Position numbers and translations under genes: made by a program. The notes beneath the pieces were generated by a model that ran no database searches, was not told the origin of the DNA, and saw only the letters and a program-made list of their open reading frames with translations. A stretch of 59,988 bases of DNA, the filler included, from Sanchytrium tribonematis (taxonomy: Eukaryota), in NCBI GenBank assembly GCA_018985235.1. It is 6 parts of 6 records of this genome, joined end to end, with 100 filler letters (N's around TTAATTAATTAA, not from the genome) between each part and the next. Parts side by side here need not be neighbours in the genome. Positions count along the whole stretch, not along the records: positions 41,842 to 47,828 come from JADGIG010000561.1; positions 47,929 to 53,914 come from JADGIG010000562.1; positions 54,015 to 59,988 come from JADGIG010000563.1; 3 more parts are not named here. One strand, written 5' to 3'. Positions 42,646 to 54,280 of this stretch are shown here, piece by piece (position 1 is the stretch's first letter; the number at the start of each line of letters is the position of its first letter).

Positions 42646-44554
42646 TTATTGTGAACGATTCATAATACGCTTAATTTCGGCAGAATCGACTGAAAAATTG
42701 TCCCAGTCGTCAGAGGATATATTAGTAGCTTCTTCAGCTGTGCGTTTACTCGGTATCTTTGTTGTAAAAAGATCAAGTGTAGTCTGATTTTTATCTTCTA
42801 AAGCTATTCTCGAGGGATCCTTGATTTCTTTCATATATGCGCCAGCAAATTCTGCGTCTACTCTTGATTTCACCCCATCCAAGCTTTGAGTTACAATGTT
42901 TTGTTTCTTATTTAACAATTTCCATAACTGAGTGTCAATTGTTCCTTTTGCAATCAAAACAATCGATTCAACTTGACCGTCTTGCCCAATCCTATGGCAG
43001 CGGTCCTCAGCTTGTTCCATGTCACTGAATGACCAAGCTATTTCTCCAAATACCACATGAGAAGCTTTTGTCATAGTCAATCCTGTATTAGCGGCTTTTA
43101 TCGAGAGAAGTGCGATAGGAATATCCGGATTTCTTTGAAATGAATCAACTAGTTGCTGACGAGTGTCTGGACGAGTCTCACCGTCGATTAATATGTATTG
43201 GGTATCAAGATATTGACAAAAAGACTCAATTTCTTTCAACATCTTCATTAAATTAAATTACCATCTGATGGTGGCAGAAAAATAGTATTCCGTTGACATT
43301 TGAAGTGACACCTTCCACTGGCTTTTCGTTTATATTGTACTTGCACTCCAATAATTCCTGGATGTAATCCTTGACAAATTGGATTTTAGCTTGGCAAGTA
43401 GCACGGTACAGATCCAACCACAAGCTACTGATATCGCTATTTTTAGAACCCATTGCTTCCCTTAGTACGTCATCATCATTTTGCTTTTTACTACTTTTTT
43501 TGAGTCTATCAAATAAAGAAGTACACCATTTTAAATCTTTCTCGTTTATCTGGCGAACTACACAGGTTCTATTTTTATCTGCAAGCTGAAGTATATCCTG
43601 CTTTTTACGCCTGATCATCATATTTTGCATAAGAAAATTGAGCTCATCTATATTCTTAGTTCCATCAAATTTTTGGATTGTAATTCCATTTACCATGAAT
43701 TGCCTTACATTTGAATATCTTGACCCAAATGCCATTTTATTTTTAAAAAAATCTGGCCTGCAAATTTTCAATTGAGTAAAAAGTTCCTCAATTTTTCCTG
43801 TAATCGGTGTGCCACTAATTAATATTGAATATTCACAATGATTTAAAATTTTACTCAGTCCCTTGTACCTGATAGTCATCTCATTTTTAACACTATGTGC
43901 TTCGTCTAGTACTCCAAAAGCGAATTTTTTTTCAAATTCCTTTGCATTTTTTGCTGCTAAATCTACAGTTACAAGAATTATTTTTTTCATGCCTATTTTT
44001 ATATTATGCAGAACCGGAATAATGTCTTTTCCTTTCCTAATTTTAACGATATTATGTCCACCAATATTGGTCCATTTTAATAATTCATTTTCCCAATTCT
44101 CAACTAAAGTACTTGGAGTTGCAATCATCACAGGGTAAGCATCAACTGCACCAATACATGCGAATGTCTGTATTGTTTTACCTAAGCCCATATCGTCACT
44201 CAACATCATTTTCTTAGATATCTTTATACACTTGCAACCAAGCCATTGGTAATTTCGCAACGTTGAAATTTTATCTGCTTTAAGAAGCTTGTTCTCTGCT
44301 TTGATGTCCTCCATTTCACTGATAGTTAGGGATTTGGGAAGTGCGGTGCATTTTTCTATATAGTTTGGTAAAGGCGTAAACTTCAGATTTGACTTTTTAA
44401 GTTTCTGATACAAATTCATTGGCATTTTGTACAATTTTTTCCCAGAATCATACTTTGCATATTGCTTTATTACATTTTCTTTTTGCTTATTCATCAAATC
44501 AATAATAATTGTAAACTCTCCCTCATTCTGCGTAATCCTTAAATTTAAATCCAT
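42646..44554 (-). CDS. SNF2-family annealing helicase, SMARCAL1/ZRANB3-like (2 exons: 44554-43262, 43242-42646)
   Basis: DDMGLGKT, DEAH, ISGTP, FCHHQM|MLK, LLSIKAANTGLT, QAEDRCHRIGQ. Confidence 0.9.
43243..43261 (-). other. 19-nt spliceosomal intron (AAG acceptor)
   Basis: GTAATTTAATTTAATGAAG; joins the two helicase lobes in frame. Confidence 0.9.
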
Positions 44555-44775
44555 AGAGAAGCGTAGGATTTGTTTGATGTGGAACGTTTCAAACTTTATT
44601 TCTTTGATAGAACTTTAAAATATAAATGATTATAAAGTCTAGAAATGAACGTTGATTCGGATTTTAAATAATAACATATTATATTGAATGAATTTGGTTT
44701 TCGTCATCTGATGGGTCGTGACCGACGACGTTGGTACGGGTATCGTATATATTGGCATAATGCCACTTGAAAGTG

Positions 44776-45611
44776 ATGTTGATTTACATTGCGCTGGTTC
44801 TCGCAGTCTCTACCTTGAAGAAACGATCTAGCAAAGTGGCAGGTAATCAGATTCGCAACTTGAAGAAGCGAGTAACACCAACGCCAGTGCCAGATTATGT
44901 ACATGTAATTTACCCGAGTGAAATCAAAAACTACCAAGTTGAACAGTGTCATGTTCCTAGCGTCTTTCCAACTCCATTGTGCCAGAAAACTTACAACGCA
45001 GAATTACTTGGTAAGAATGTGATTCCGCAACAACAAACACTCTCTCCATATTCAGGCCAAGCCACTTTCTGCGTCTTTAAGGCCGATAAGTGGATCAAAG
45101 TAAAGAAAGGAAAGACAATTGAATGGGTAAAGGAAACAATTTTTTCCAAAATTACCTATAAAGTTGACATTCCTGATATTAAGAATGTAATTGAGATTAG
45201 ATTGCACATCAGCGAAGATGGAAAGCGAGGCTTACCAGTTGCAAATTTAATTCCTCCAAAGGTATATACTAATTAATGAAGGCCCCAGGCAATACGAAAA
45301 CTAGTTATTTGAAATCTGGAACAATTCTACAAAAGAATTTATTCCAATATGACACAAAAAGATATTATAGCTTAAGGGACGTTTCTCGAGCTATCGAAAG
45401 AGGCATTGCATACGTCAGTGTCAACACAGATGACGGTTTTGATGAAGAAAATACCAAACCTGGAAACTACATCATGGGAGAATTACGGGGCCAGATCAAC
45501 AGAGATTGTGCCTCAAAATGCGAATGTGGAATCAAGCCTAATGCTGTTAATTCAATCGGCGCAGCAATGACGCTGAAAATTGGGCTAAGCGATTTATTCA
45601 GAGGCGCATAA
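44776..45611 (+). CDS. Secreted CHRD-domain protein (2 exons: 44776-45261, 45282-45611)
   Basis: Signal peptide; IRLHISEDGKRGLPVANL; GIAYVSVNTDDG...GELRGQI. Confidence 0.75.
45262..45281 (+). other. 20-nt spliceosomal intron
   Basis: GTATATACTAATTAATGAAG; joins the CHRD halves in frame. Confidence 0.82.
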
Positions 45612-45637
45612 TTAGTAAATAGGTTTGATTTATTGTT

Positions 45638-45871
45638 TCACTGCTTCATTGTAGTCATGGATGCCCTAGATTTATCCAAAGGATTATAATTTAACAATTT
45701 TTGAATTAAATCGACATGAGTTAGCAACATCCGTCTACAACAATATCTTTTTAGGTTCAATTGGTCTAATGCCTTTTCTTCTGATACATCATCTTCGAGT
45801 AGCTTTAAATATATCTCATAATATGATGCAACGACCTTTCCACAACTAAAGCATCGTACGGGAATTATCAT
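45638..45871 (-). CDS. RPB10: RNA polymerase shared subunit Rpb10
   Basis: [31 protein letters not shown]. Confidence 0.97.
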   Translation of the reverse strand: MIIPVRCFSCGKVVASYYEIYLKLLEDDVSEEKALDQLNLKRYCCRRMLLTHVDLIQKLLNYNPLDKSRASMTTMKQ

Positions 45872-45907
45872 TGTTAGTTTAGAGGGGTTGGGTTGAAAAC
45901 AAAATCT

Positions 45908-46045
45908 ATGCAAAATGTTTTCAGCAATGATGGATCCTTTTTGGATCGCTTTAAGGTTTTGAAAGAAGAAGACATTTTATTGGCAAGACAAAAAGATTAC
46001 AACTTGTGGATGGACCAAAAAAACAAATTGAAAAATAGACCATAA
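45908..46045 (+). CDS. 45-aa microprotein with NxFxNDGSFLxxFK motif (TRIR/SUGP1-type)
   Basis: [45 protein letters not shown]; below the ORF-track cutoff. Confidence 0.65.
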   Translation: MQNVFSNDGSFLDRFKVLKEEDILLARQKDYNLWMDQKNKLKNRP

Positions 46046-46046
46046 A

Positions 46047-47828
46047 TTATTTTATTTCTTTCTGAGCAAACACAAATATTCTATCACCTTTCTCGACCAC
46101 CAACTGCCTTTGAGGATTAGGAATTGACAGATAAATGGTTGAATTTTTCACTTTAACTTTTTTGTAAATTCCAAATGCAATTGCTTGGTGAGTATCTAAA
46201 TAATGATGAAAAATGGATGCCCAAGTCTTCCCACCCTCTTGAATCTCGACCTGAATACAAGTAGAACCATTTGTTTGCTTCCCCATTACCAAGGATTTAA
46301 GCATACTGATTAAGAAAGGATTATAAAAACTTTGACATAATTGTACATCAATCATGCTTCTACTAAAGACATGACCAGCCATATAAGCTGCATGAAAAAT
46401 GTACTCATCTACAGTATCTCCAACGTCTGGAACAGGCAAATCAGTCCCTGTGATAAATGCAGAATTGTTCATGTCAAAAAAGTCTACCATCACAAAAGTA
46501 TTTTTGTTGGCCAAAGACTCTACATTTAGTACTGTGGAGATAGTAGTTGCATCGATTGTGTAATCTGTTGAGCTGACTCCATTGGCGATAAGAACTACAA
46601 CTCTGTCTGCTTCTCCAATATTTGAGCGCATTAAATCAGTTTTGATCAAAGGAGAGCCTTTTACAAAATAGACTTTTTTGAATTGCTGTAATTTTCTCCA
46701 GACAGCTGCATCACATACAGCGGGACTCAAAATGGCAATCGGAATGTCGGACTGTCTTCTAATCGCTTCCACAAAAATATCGATGGATCTAGGGAAGTCA
46801 TGAGAATTGCAACATAACACTATGTGATCGACAACTGTTCTAGGGAGTGCATTTTCTAAAACGTTGTTGTCAAATGCACTTGAATTAAATTGCTGACTTG
46901 GGATTGCCTGTTCATGTCTTTTGGTTGTTAAAATCAATCTGGAATTTTCAAAGTCGTCATTGGAATGAAAAACGGGTGAAGGTGCGCGACTGTTTTGTGC
47001 TGAATTTTGAAATACGGAAGACTCAATATGTGGAATTTTCCACGCAAAATCACTGGATGAGCTTATAACCATCAAAACATCGCCTGCTTTAAGTAAATAA
47101 TTTTGAGGATTGATAATTGTTTGGATTCTAGACTTATCTGTGACAATTTTTTCTCCAACCGCGAATACAATAGCGTTAAATTTTTGATAAATTACACGCA
47201 CAGCATCTACGAAATGAGTTCTTACTAAAATTGAGGGAATTGGAATACAGTAAAACTCTTGAGACAAACCGTAACTGTAATCTTTGTAAAATGAAATTTC
47301 TTGATCTTCATCAGCAAATTTTTGGACATTCTCTGCAACATTCTCATTCATCGATGTTGTCAACAAATGTATTAAAGTAATAAATCCTGGAGACTTGCAG
47401 TTTTGAGCTAAAAAACCCAGTTTCATTTCATCTATACAAAGAATCTTGTCGCAGATTGCTTCAAAGTGAGGCTTATTTTCCGGAACCAAACACTGTGTAT
47501 ATATTAGGCATTTGGGATTTGACTTCCTGACCGCAATACACCTCATCAATCCTTCTGAATCTAGTTCGTTTGGAGAGAGCGTTGACTCAATTAAACTAGT
47601 GGATAATATAAATACAGCACTTGCAGAATGTACTTTTGCTTTGGATAAATCTCCAAAATCGGCGCTAGATCCTTTTATATAGTAAACTTTTGCAGAAAAC
47701 ATTGGATCATTTAAAAGCGTAACTACATCTTCGGAAGGCTCTTCTGGATACAAAATTACAGCGTTGGTATTCGAAGTAGATATTCCATGATCTGCATGAT
47801 AAAATTCCCACAGGAATTCCAAAAGACT
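46047..47828 (-). CDS. BK/Slo-type potassium channel, RCK domains; 5'-truncated
   Basis: EFYHADH, YIKGS...DLSKA, LCIDEMKLGFLAQNCKSPGFITLI, DHIVLC, FVKGSPL, LCQSFYNP. Confidence 0.9.
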   Translation of the reverse strand, partial: SLLEFLWEFYHADHGISTSNTNAVILYPEEPSEDVVTLLNDPMFSAKVYYIKGSSADFGDLSKAKVHSASAVFILSTSLIESTLSPNELDSEGLMRCIAVRKSNPKCLIYTQCLVPENKPHFEAICDKILCIDEMKLGFLAQNCKSPGFITLIHLLTTSMNENVAENVQKFADEDQEISFYKDYSYGLSQEFYCIPIPSILVRTHFVDAVRVIYQKFNAIVFAVGEKIVTDKSRIQTIINPQNYLLKAGDVLMVISSSSDFAWKIPHIESSVFQNSAQNSRAPSPVFHSNDDFENSRLILTTKRHEQAIPSQQFNSSAFDNNVLENALPRTVVDHIVLCCNSHDFPRSIDIFVEAIRRQSDIPIAILSPAVCDAAVWRKLQQFKKVYFVKGSPLIKTDLMRSNIGEADRVVVLIANGVSSTDYTIDATTISTVLNVESLANKNTFVMVDFFDMNNSAFITGTDLPVPDVGDTVDEYIFHAAYMAGHVFSRSMIDVQLCQSFYNPFLISMLKSLVMGKQTNGSTCIQVEIQEGGKTWASIFHHYLDTHQAIAFGIYKKVKVKNSTIYLSIPNPQRQLVVEKGDRIFVFAQKEIK

Positions 47829-47928
47829 NNNNNNNNNNNNNNNNNNNNNNNNNNNNNNNNNNNNNNNNNNNNTTAATTAATTAANNNNNNNNNNNNNNNN
47901 NNNNNNNNNNNNNNNNNNNNNNNNNNNN
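47829..47928. other. Artificial contig linker
   Basis: N44-TTAATTAATTAA-N44. Confidence 0.98.
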
Positions 47929-50650
47929 CAAGTAAATGGAGCCATTTACAAAATTGAAAATCATACAATTTACTGTAAATATAATGATACGGAGTACCAA
48001 TATCCTCTAAATACTAGTATTAAAGATCTCAAAGTAGCGATATTTGAGCATGATATTCACCACATGGACAATACTCAAGTTTTGTTAGCGCAATCTTTAA
48101 AGGAAAATAACTACTATTTTACAAGCAAACTGTATTTTGAACTTGGGCAATATTCCTTGGGCTATGCATACGCTGATGCCCATAAAGATCCTCACGTTGC
48201 AAGCATTTTAAAAAATGAGTTCACACCTGTTGTTAATGACTTGATAAATAAGAATGAAATTGATAAAGCCGTAGAGATTTGCAAGAAATATATGCAATTC
48301 GAGTTGCTTTTTCACATTGTGCAAAAACTTAAGCTCAATATTTCGGAAATTCTAAAATCAATGCCTGGCAATGTGTTATTTTACATTGATTATTTACTGT
48401 CAATAGATCATCAATATTTGTATTTACTAAATTCATATCCTTACCAACAATATCAATGCATTAAAAAATACAGCATTATGAATAAGCCTGTAGTTTTAAA
48501 TTGTGCAGAGCAATTAGAAAAACATTCATTTATAAGTGAAGCTGCTGATCTTTATATTCTGCTTAACAGTCCTGATATTGCTAATAATTTATATATTAAA
48601 TATAAATGCTACAAGGAGTTGATTAAAAAGGATGGCCCCAAAAATTATGACTATAAATTGGAATATATACAATCTTTGATGGAGAAAAAAGAATATAGAA
48701 AAGCGCTAGATATTGCAATTTCTATAGATGATTACAAGGCATTTGAATGTGCTTTGCAACTGAACCAATTTGATGTTGTGGAAAAAATTATTACAAAAAC
48801 TGGAGATGCAAATTTAACACTCAAATATGCTTCATATCTTTACAGCAATGGTCTTTACCAAAAAAGTGCATTTATGTATTCGAAATGTAATGTAGAAAAA
48901 GCGATTCAAATTTATTGCGAGCTAAACTTATTTGACAAAGCAGTCGGCATTAGTCAAAATGTAGATTATTATAAATCAATTCTAAATGAATTGCTTGTTA
49001 AAAAGGAATTTGGGACTTACATGGACCTTCATGAAAAATTGCAAACTTTAGAACAAGCTTATGATGAATTATTTGAAAAGAAATTGTACACAGAACTATT
49101 ACAGTATTGCTCGAATAAGCAGAAATATTGTTTAAAAATTATTGAGACTCTAGAAAATGCGCATGACATGGAATACTACTTCATTTTAATGAATGATTAT
49201 AAGGGAATTATAATGAAGTATTTGCAGCTAGGGCTTTTTGAGGATGCCATGAGACTTGCTAAATACAATCAATATAAAAATCAAGTGGCTTATGTGTGGG
49301 CAAAGAAAGGAACTTTACAAAAGCAATTTTCTAAAGCCGCTTTGGAATACGCGATAGATATTAAAGATTTTCAATTAGCTATGCAGCTACTTCCTCAAAA
49401 CTTAGAATTGGAAAAAATAGTTTATTTAAAATACGCGATATATTTGGCAGATGAAAATGATGATACTTGCGTTACTTATTTTGAAAAGGCAAAAGAGTAT
49501 AAATTATTATTAGCGTTTTATTTGAGACAAAAACAGTATGATCAAGCAGTAGAACTCATGAATAGAGAAAAATTGCAAGACTTGGTAAAAGTAGAGCTGA
49601 ATAATTTAATTAAAATGAAAGAATTCAGTTTTGCGGAACAACTCAGTTTAAAGAGTAATTTTATGGTGGACGCTTTAAATGCATTTATGAGCAATAAGCA
49701 TTATGATTTTGGAATGGAATTTTGTGCCAAGTATGTACCGCATTTGTTACAAGAGTACAAACAAAAATACAACTATAATATCGTGCATTTATCTCCAAAA
49801 TTATCGAAAAGACCAAGTGTCGTAATGGAGGGAAGAAGAATGAGCGAAGAGGATTTAAAATCTACCGTGGTAAATGCAATTAAAACGGAATCTATTGGTC
49901 CATTGCTGACAAAATGGAAGCAGAGCAAGTTCACTTCAGAGCATATGAAAATGATACTATCACATGTAATAGAAAACAAAAAGTCAGAGCTGTATGGGCA
50001 ACTTGTTAAATTTTACAGAGATTATCCAATATTGGAGAATCTGTTTCAAATTGTGTTGTTACTAAATAATCTAAAAGTTGTAGAAGAATTCAATGACAAA
50101 GAATTGGTGTATAAAATATCAATCAGTCTACTAAGATACGCAGATATATTGGGGTATGAAATGATCTATTACAAAGCTGGCTTGGCAAGTCAAGTATATC
50201 TTTTTAATTTAGCAATTCAACGAATTTTATGCATTTAAGTTACTAAATTATTATCTGGACATTTGCGATGCATTTGAAGAAAAGGATCTCAAAGTAGTGG
50301 CCACATTGGACTTGGGATTACCGCATATTCGTAAGCTACCTAATCATTTGGAAACTACAACTTCCCAACGGCAGGAAATCAGAGATTATGTGCTTGCAAA
50401 ATCAGTAAGTCCAAATGTCCTTAAGCCTAAGCCAACTTTATTTTGCCAATGCAAAAAGCCATTGCATTTGCACCAACTTATTTGCTCTTGTTCAATAGAA
50501 TATGCAATGTGCTTAATAACTGGAAATCCAGTGGTGGATCAAACTAAATGCTCATCGTGTGAATATCCAGCGAACAAATCTGACTGGAATAAGTTCATCA
50601 GTCATGTACAAGAATGTCCACTTTGTCGCTCACCAGAAACATTTAAATAA
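47929..50650 (+). CDS. IFT172: Divergent IFT172-like protein, 5'-truncated (exons to 50193, then 50213-50650)
   Basis: TPR-like repeats; VAYVWAK, VYLKYAIYLADE, SISLLRYADI...YYKAG, LNYYLDICDAFEE, CLITGNPV..C..C...ANKSDWNKF...CPLC. Confidence 0.78.
50194..50212 (+). other. 19-nt spliceosomal intron
   Basis: GTATATCTTTTTAATTTAG; in frame with ORF 50297-50650. Confidence 0.9.
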
Positions 50651-50657
50651 ATGGAAT

Positions 50658-52883
50658 CTATTTAAACTTGGAGAAAGCAAATTTGTAGCCATTGTTAATA
50701 TGTTGGACTACATCTTCTGCATTGAGTGCTCCAGCGTGTATGGCTTTACAAAATTCGTGTGCAACTGAATTGTGCGTCAAATGTTGCTCACACTGACTTA
50801 AATTCCAGATTCCGTCATCGTCCGTGCTGATTACAGAAGAAATGTTATTTTCTTTTAATTTTCTAAACAAATAATTGATTTTTTCATCCATTGTATGACT
50901 GTATCTACCTGGAAGTAAAAACAAATTGCTAGTAATATTAATTTCTAATGGAATATTTTGTTGACTAAGCCAGTAGATGATGTTGCGAATTAAATAATTA
51001 TCTTTTAACGATGTGTTGTCTTCGAATAAAGAGACTCCGTGTCCTATTCTAAAAGTGACGTTTGGATTTTCTTTTAAACTATCAACCAAAACATATAAAT
51101 CTTTGAATAGAATCAAAGTATGACCAAAAAAATAGTGAGGTTGACTGATTGGAACATTTTCTGCACCGTGGATTCTAATACCAAATGAAGTGTTGCCTTC
51201 CGTCATCTTGTCACAAATTTTCTTGACCAAAACAAGGCATTTAGGTTCACTAAAATCGATTTGTGGTGCATAAAGCTCATCACCTGCCAGATCCAATCCA
51301 CAGACATATTGTCTAAAATAGAATTGTAAATGATTTTGGTCACTCATATGAAATTGTGATTGTCCGACTATATCACAAAAATTCGATAATTTTTGTAAAA
51401 ATTTGGTTGATTTTGGGTCATATTTTGAAGTTGATTTTATGCATTCCAAAAAATTATCAGAGTGCCAATTGGGTTCATTTTGTTGCCAGTATTCAATTAT
51501 TTTTGAAAATGATGAGTTAGGTTCGCAATTATTTGATCTGTTGAACGCAGCAATAAATCTTACATGCATTTTTGTCGGAAGACGTTTGAATGTGCTGACA
51601 AATTTTCTCCAAAAAGGCGTACTAATGGATTTGATTTTGCCTGAAGATGGCCATTCATTATGGGTTGATTTAGTCTGTTCTTCTTCAGAAATGGATTCTG
51701 ATTGGGCTTCCTCATTCAAAGTCTCGTCTTCATTCATATCTTCAATTGCGTTGGACTTCAACTTCCCCTTTTTTTGACTTCTCTTTAGTTCAAATTTGCC
51801 TTTAATCAGTGAGCTTTCGTATAAGTTCTTCACCAAATGTCTCCAAGCAAATACATTCAACAAATCAGTTGCGCTAATAGAAAATTCAACATAGTGCACT
51901 CCAGAGTCAGAATAATTTGAAAGTACGTGATTCAATAAAATGGAAAATACTTCAAGTCTGCATTCTAGTATGCAATCTTTTAGTGCAAATCTCTGAGGAA
52001 AAAATTTTGGGGTAAAATTAGACTGGTAAGGATGCATTGTGTGCTGCTGAGGTGTGGAGCCATCTTCATTCAATAGAGAAAATCCATTTTTGAGTTTGTT
52101 CAATAGCAGGTTGTTGTCACAGGAAGCTTTTACTTTTGAAAGTAATTCATAAATGACTTGATTAGAAATTCCGCGAACTAATTCCAACTGACCAGATTTA
52201 GAATGAAAAATGATATGAAATCTGTATAAATGCAAAAAATCATCTCTTTTTTCCAAATATCTCTTTTTCTCCAAGCTCGATGTTCTCTGCCTCTTGTTTC
52301 CTTTTTTATACTCTTCAATTTCTTCTAGACTTTCGAATGCGATTTGACTGAGGCCCTGGAAAGTTTGCTCCAGCTTGTCCAAATAAAATGGATCATTTCG
52401 GTCAATACCAAATGCATCTAGTAAAAGCGAAGACCAATATACCACATCAGAAGTGAATAACATATAAAAATCATCCTTATGTATCTTGATTCTATTATTT
52501 TCCAACACTTTAATTTGGTACATCTTTTTAACAAGTTCCAAATCATTTGGTGAAAGTAAATTAGTTTTCACCAAGTACGAATTTTCATTCATAGTTGTAT
52601 TTTCTTTATAAATATGGTAAAGTTTATTAGGGCAATTAAAATCATCACAGGAATGATCAGATATAGTGTGGTATTGTTGCTTGAATATGGAATTGATGGC
52701 TTTTTCAAATGATTTTTGATCATGAACCTTTGGAAGGTAAGACTTGTATAAATTCGGTAAATAAGTTCTCATGATTTCGTTGACCCAAAAATCTGAATTA
52801 CCCATGCCCTTTAAATGCGTATGCAAATCGGTGAGTTCTTTTTTAAGTACCGCCTTATTTAAAACCTGCTCCGCTTCGGCCAT
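50658..52883 (-). CDS. Adenosine/AMP deaminase-family protein with large insertions
   Basis: DLHTHLKG, VHYVEF, GLDLAGDE, IHGAE, RIGHG, LEINITSN, STDDDG. Confidence 0.82.
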   Translation of the reverse strand: MAEAEQVLNKAVLKKELTDLHTHLKGMGNSDFWVNEIMRTYLPNLYKSYLPKVHDQKSFEKAINSIFKQQYHTISDHSCDDFNCPNKLYHIYKENTTMNENSYLVKTNLLSPNDLELVKKMYQIKVLENNRIKIHKDDFYMLFTSDVVYWSSLLLDAFGIDRNDPFYLDKLEQTFQGLSQIAFESLEEIEEYKKGNKRQRTSSLEKKRYLEKRDDFLHLYRFHIIFHSKSGQLELVRGISNQVIYELLSKVKASCDNNLLLNKLKNGFSLLNEDGSTPQQHTMHPYQSNFTPKFFPQRFALKDCILECRLEVFSILLNHVLSNYSDSGVHYVEFSISATDLLNVFAWRHLVKNLYESSLIKGKFELKRSQKKGKLKSNAIEDMNEDETLNEEAQSESISEEEQTKSTHNEWPSSGKIKSISTPFWRKFVSTFKRLPTKMHVRFIAAFNRSNNCEPNSSFSKIIEYWQQNEPNWHSDNFLECIKSTSKYDPKSTKFLQKLSNFCDIVGQSQFHMSDQNHLQFYFRQYVCGLDLAGDELYAPQIDFSEPKCLVLVKKICDKMTEGNTSFGIRIHGAENVPISQPHYFFGHTLILFKDLYVLVDSLKENPNVTFRIGHGVSLFEDNTSLKDNYLIRNIIYWLSQQNIPLEINITSNLFLLPGRYSHTMDEKINYLFRKLKENNISSVISTDDDGIWNLSQCEQHLTHNSVAHEFCKAIHAGALNAEDVVQHINNGYKFAFSKFK

Positions 52884-52931
52884 TTGCTATGTTTCAAATT
52901 GATCCATTTATTTTAAAAAGACAAGATTGGG

Positions 52932-53914
52932 CTACATATAACTGTAAAAGTCCTTGTCCAAATCTTTCATCATTATCTTGATATTTTGGCACATCTTAAA
53001 AGGCCCACAAATTACCACTTTGTGCTTATTTTTAGATGTAATTAACTTCTTTAACAATTCTGTAGTACAGAAACCTACGCCATAGCTAACAGGCTTATCA
53101 GACATCTGACTACAATCCAACACTGGCCAAGAGAAATGCGGTTGATCCACCAATAATGTCAATTTTAATTGATCAGTGTTTAAAGCTTTGTAAATTAAAT
53201 AATCTTTGTAAACCAGTTCATTTGGTTCCGCAGCACCATAAATCAAATGCATCTTGGTTTTCAAATTTCTGTGAAAGATGGATCTAATAATTTGGATCAT
53301 TGGAGATATTCCAGTTCCACCAGCCAGTAAATATAGGTCATCATATAAACATTCACCGGTCTCACTGAATAACTCCAAATCACCCAATGGTCCTTTAATT
53401 TCCACATATTCTCCAAGCTTCATTTCATTCAAGTATTTGCTCATGCATCCCTTGTCATCTACTTTGATCAACAAATCAATTTTACCAAAATCATCAGGAC
53501 GAGAGACTGGTGAGTAGTACCGAACTGTGTCTTTATATTTTAAAGCAATGTACTGTCCCACTTCGCAACCAGTCGCACTCTTGGTAGTTGGAAGATCAAA
53601 TCTAAATAATTTTATAGCTTGTGATAAATGAAGCTTGGCTCTAAATCGAAGTGGTACAAATTCATTTTCGAATGCTGAGGTAGTACTCGCTCTTTTGCCA
53701 CATATTCTTCCGAAGACGACGCATTCTAATAAGCTGTTCCCTGCTAATCTGTTTTGACCATGTACTTTGCCAGTTACTTCTCCAGCTGCGTATAAACCAA
53801 TAATTGGTTGTTCAAAAGAATCTCCAGAATCTTGTACTTTTGTAAGTACCTCGCCCACAGCATTGATTTTAATTCCACCCATTGAATAGTGAATCACGGG
53901 AGTAATTTTAGCAA
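52932..53914 (-). CDS. Fumarate reductase flavoprotein C-terminus fused to a cytochrome b5 reductase-like FAD/NAD domain; 5'-truncated
   Basis: [38 protein letters not shown]; then [21 protein letters not shown]. Confidence 0.9.
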
Positions 53915-54014
53915 NNNNNNNNNNNNNNNNNNNNNNNNNNNNNNNNNNNNNNNNNNNNTTAATTAATTAANNNNNNNNNNNNNNNNNNNNNNNNNNNNNN
54001 NNNNNNNNNNNNNN
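53915..54014. other. Artificial contig linker
   Basis: N44-TTAATTAATTAA-N44. Confidence 0.98.
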
Positions 54015-54280
54015 TACGAGAAAAGCAAACTGAAATCAAGCCACCTACTCCAGCTACAAATGCAAATATTTTGGCAAAATTAGACGAATATTTCCAATTT
54101 AAGTAAAAGTCTAGCTACATAGTAATTTTATTACGTGTTATAACTAAAATGCTAGTTTTCTGAATATTATTAAAAGAATTTCTTTTTTTACTTCCCTTTG
54201 CGTTATAGTTTTGCTTTTAGAATGGCGGGATTTGTTAATTTAATAGTCCAAAATAAATTAAAATACCCCTTTGTTTCTTG

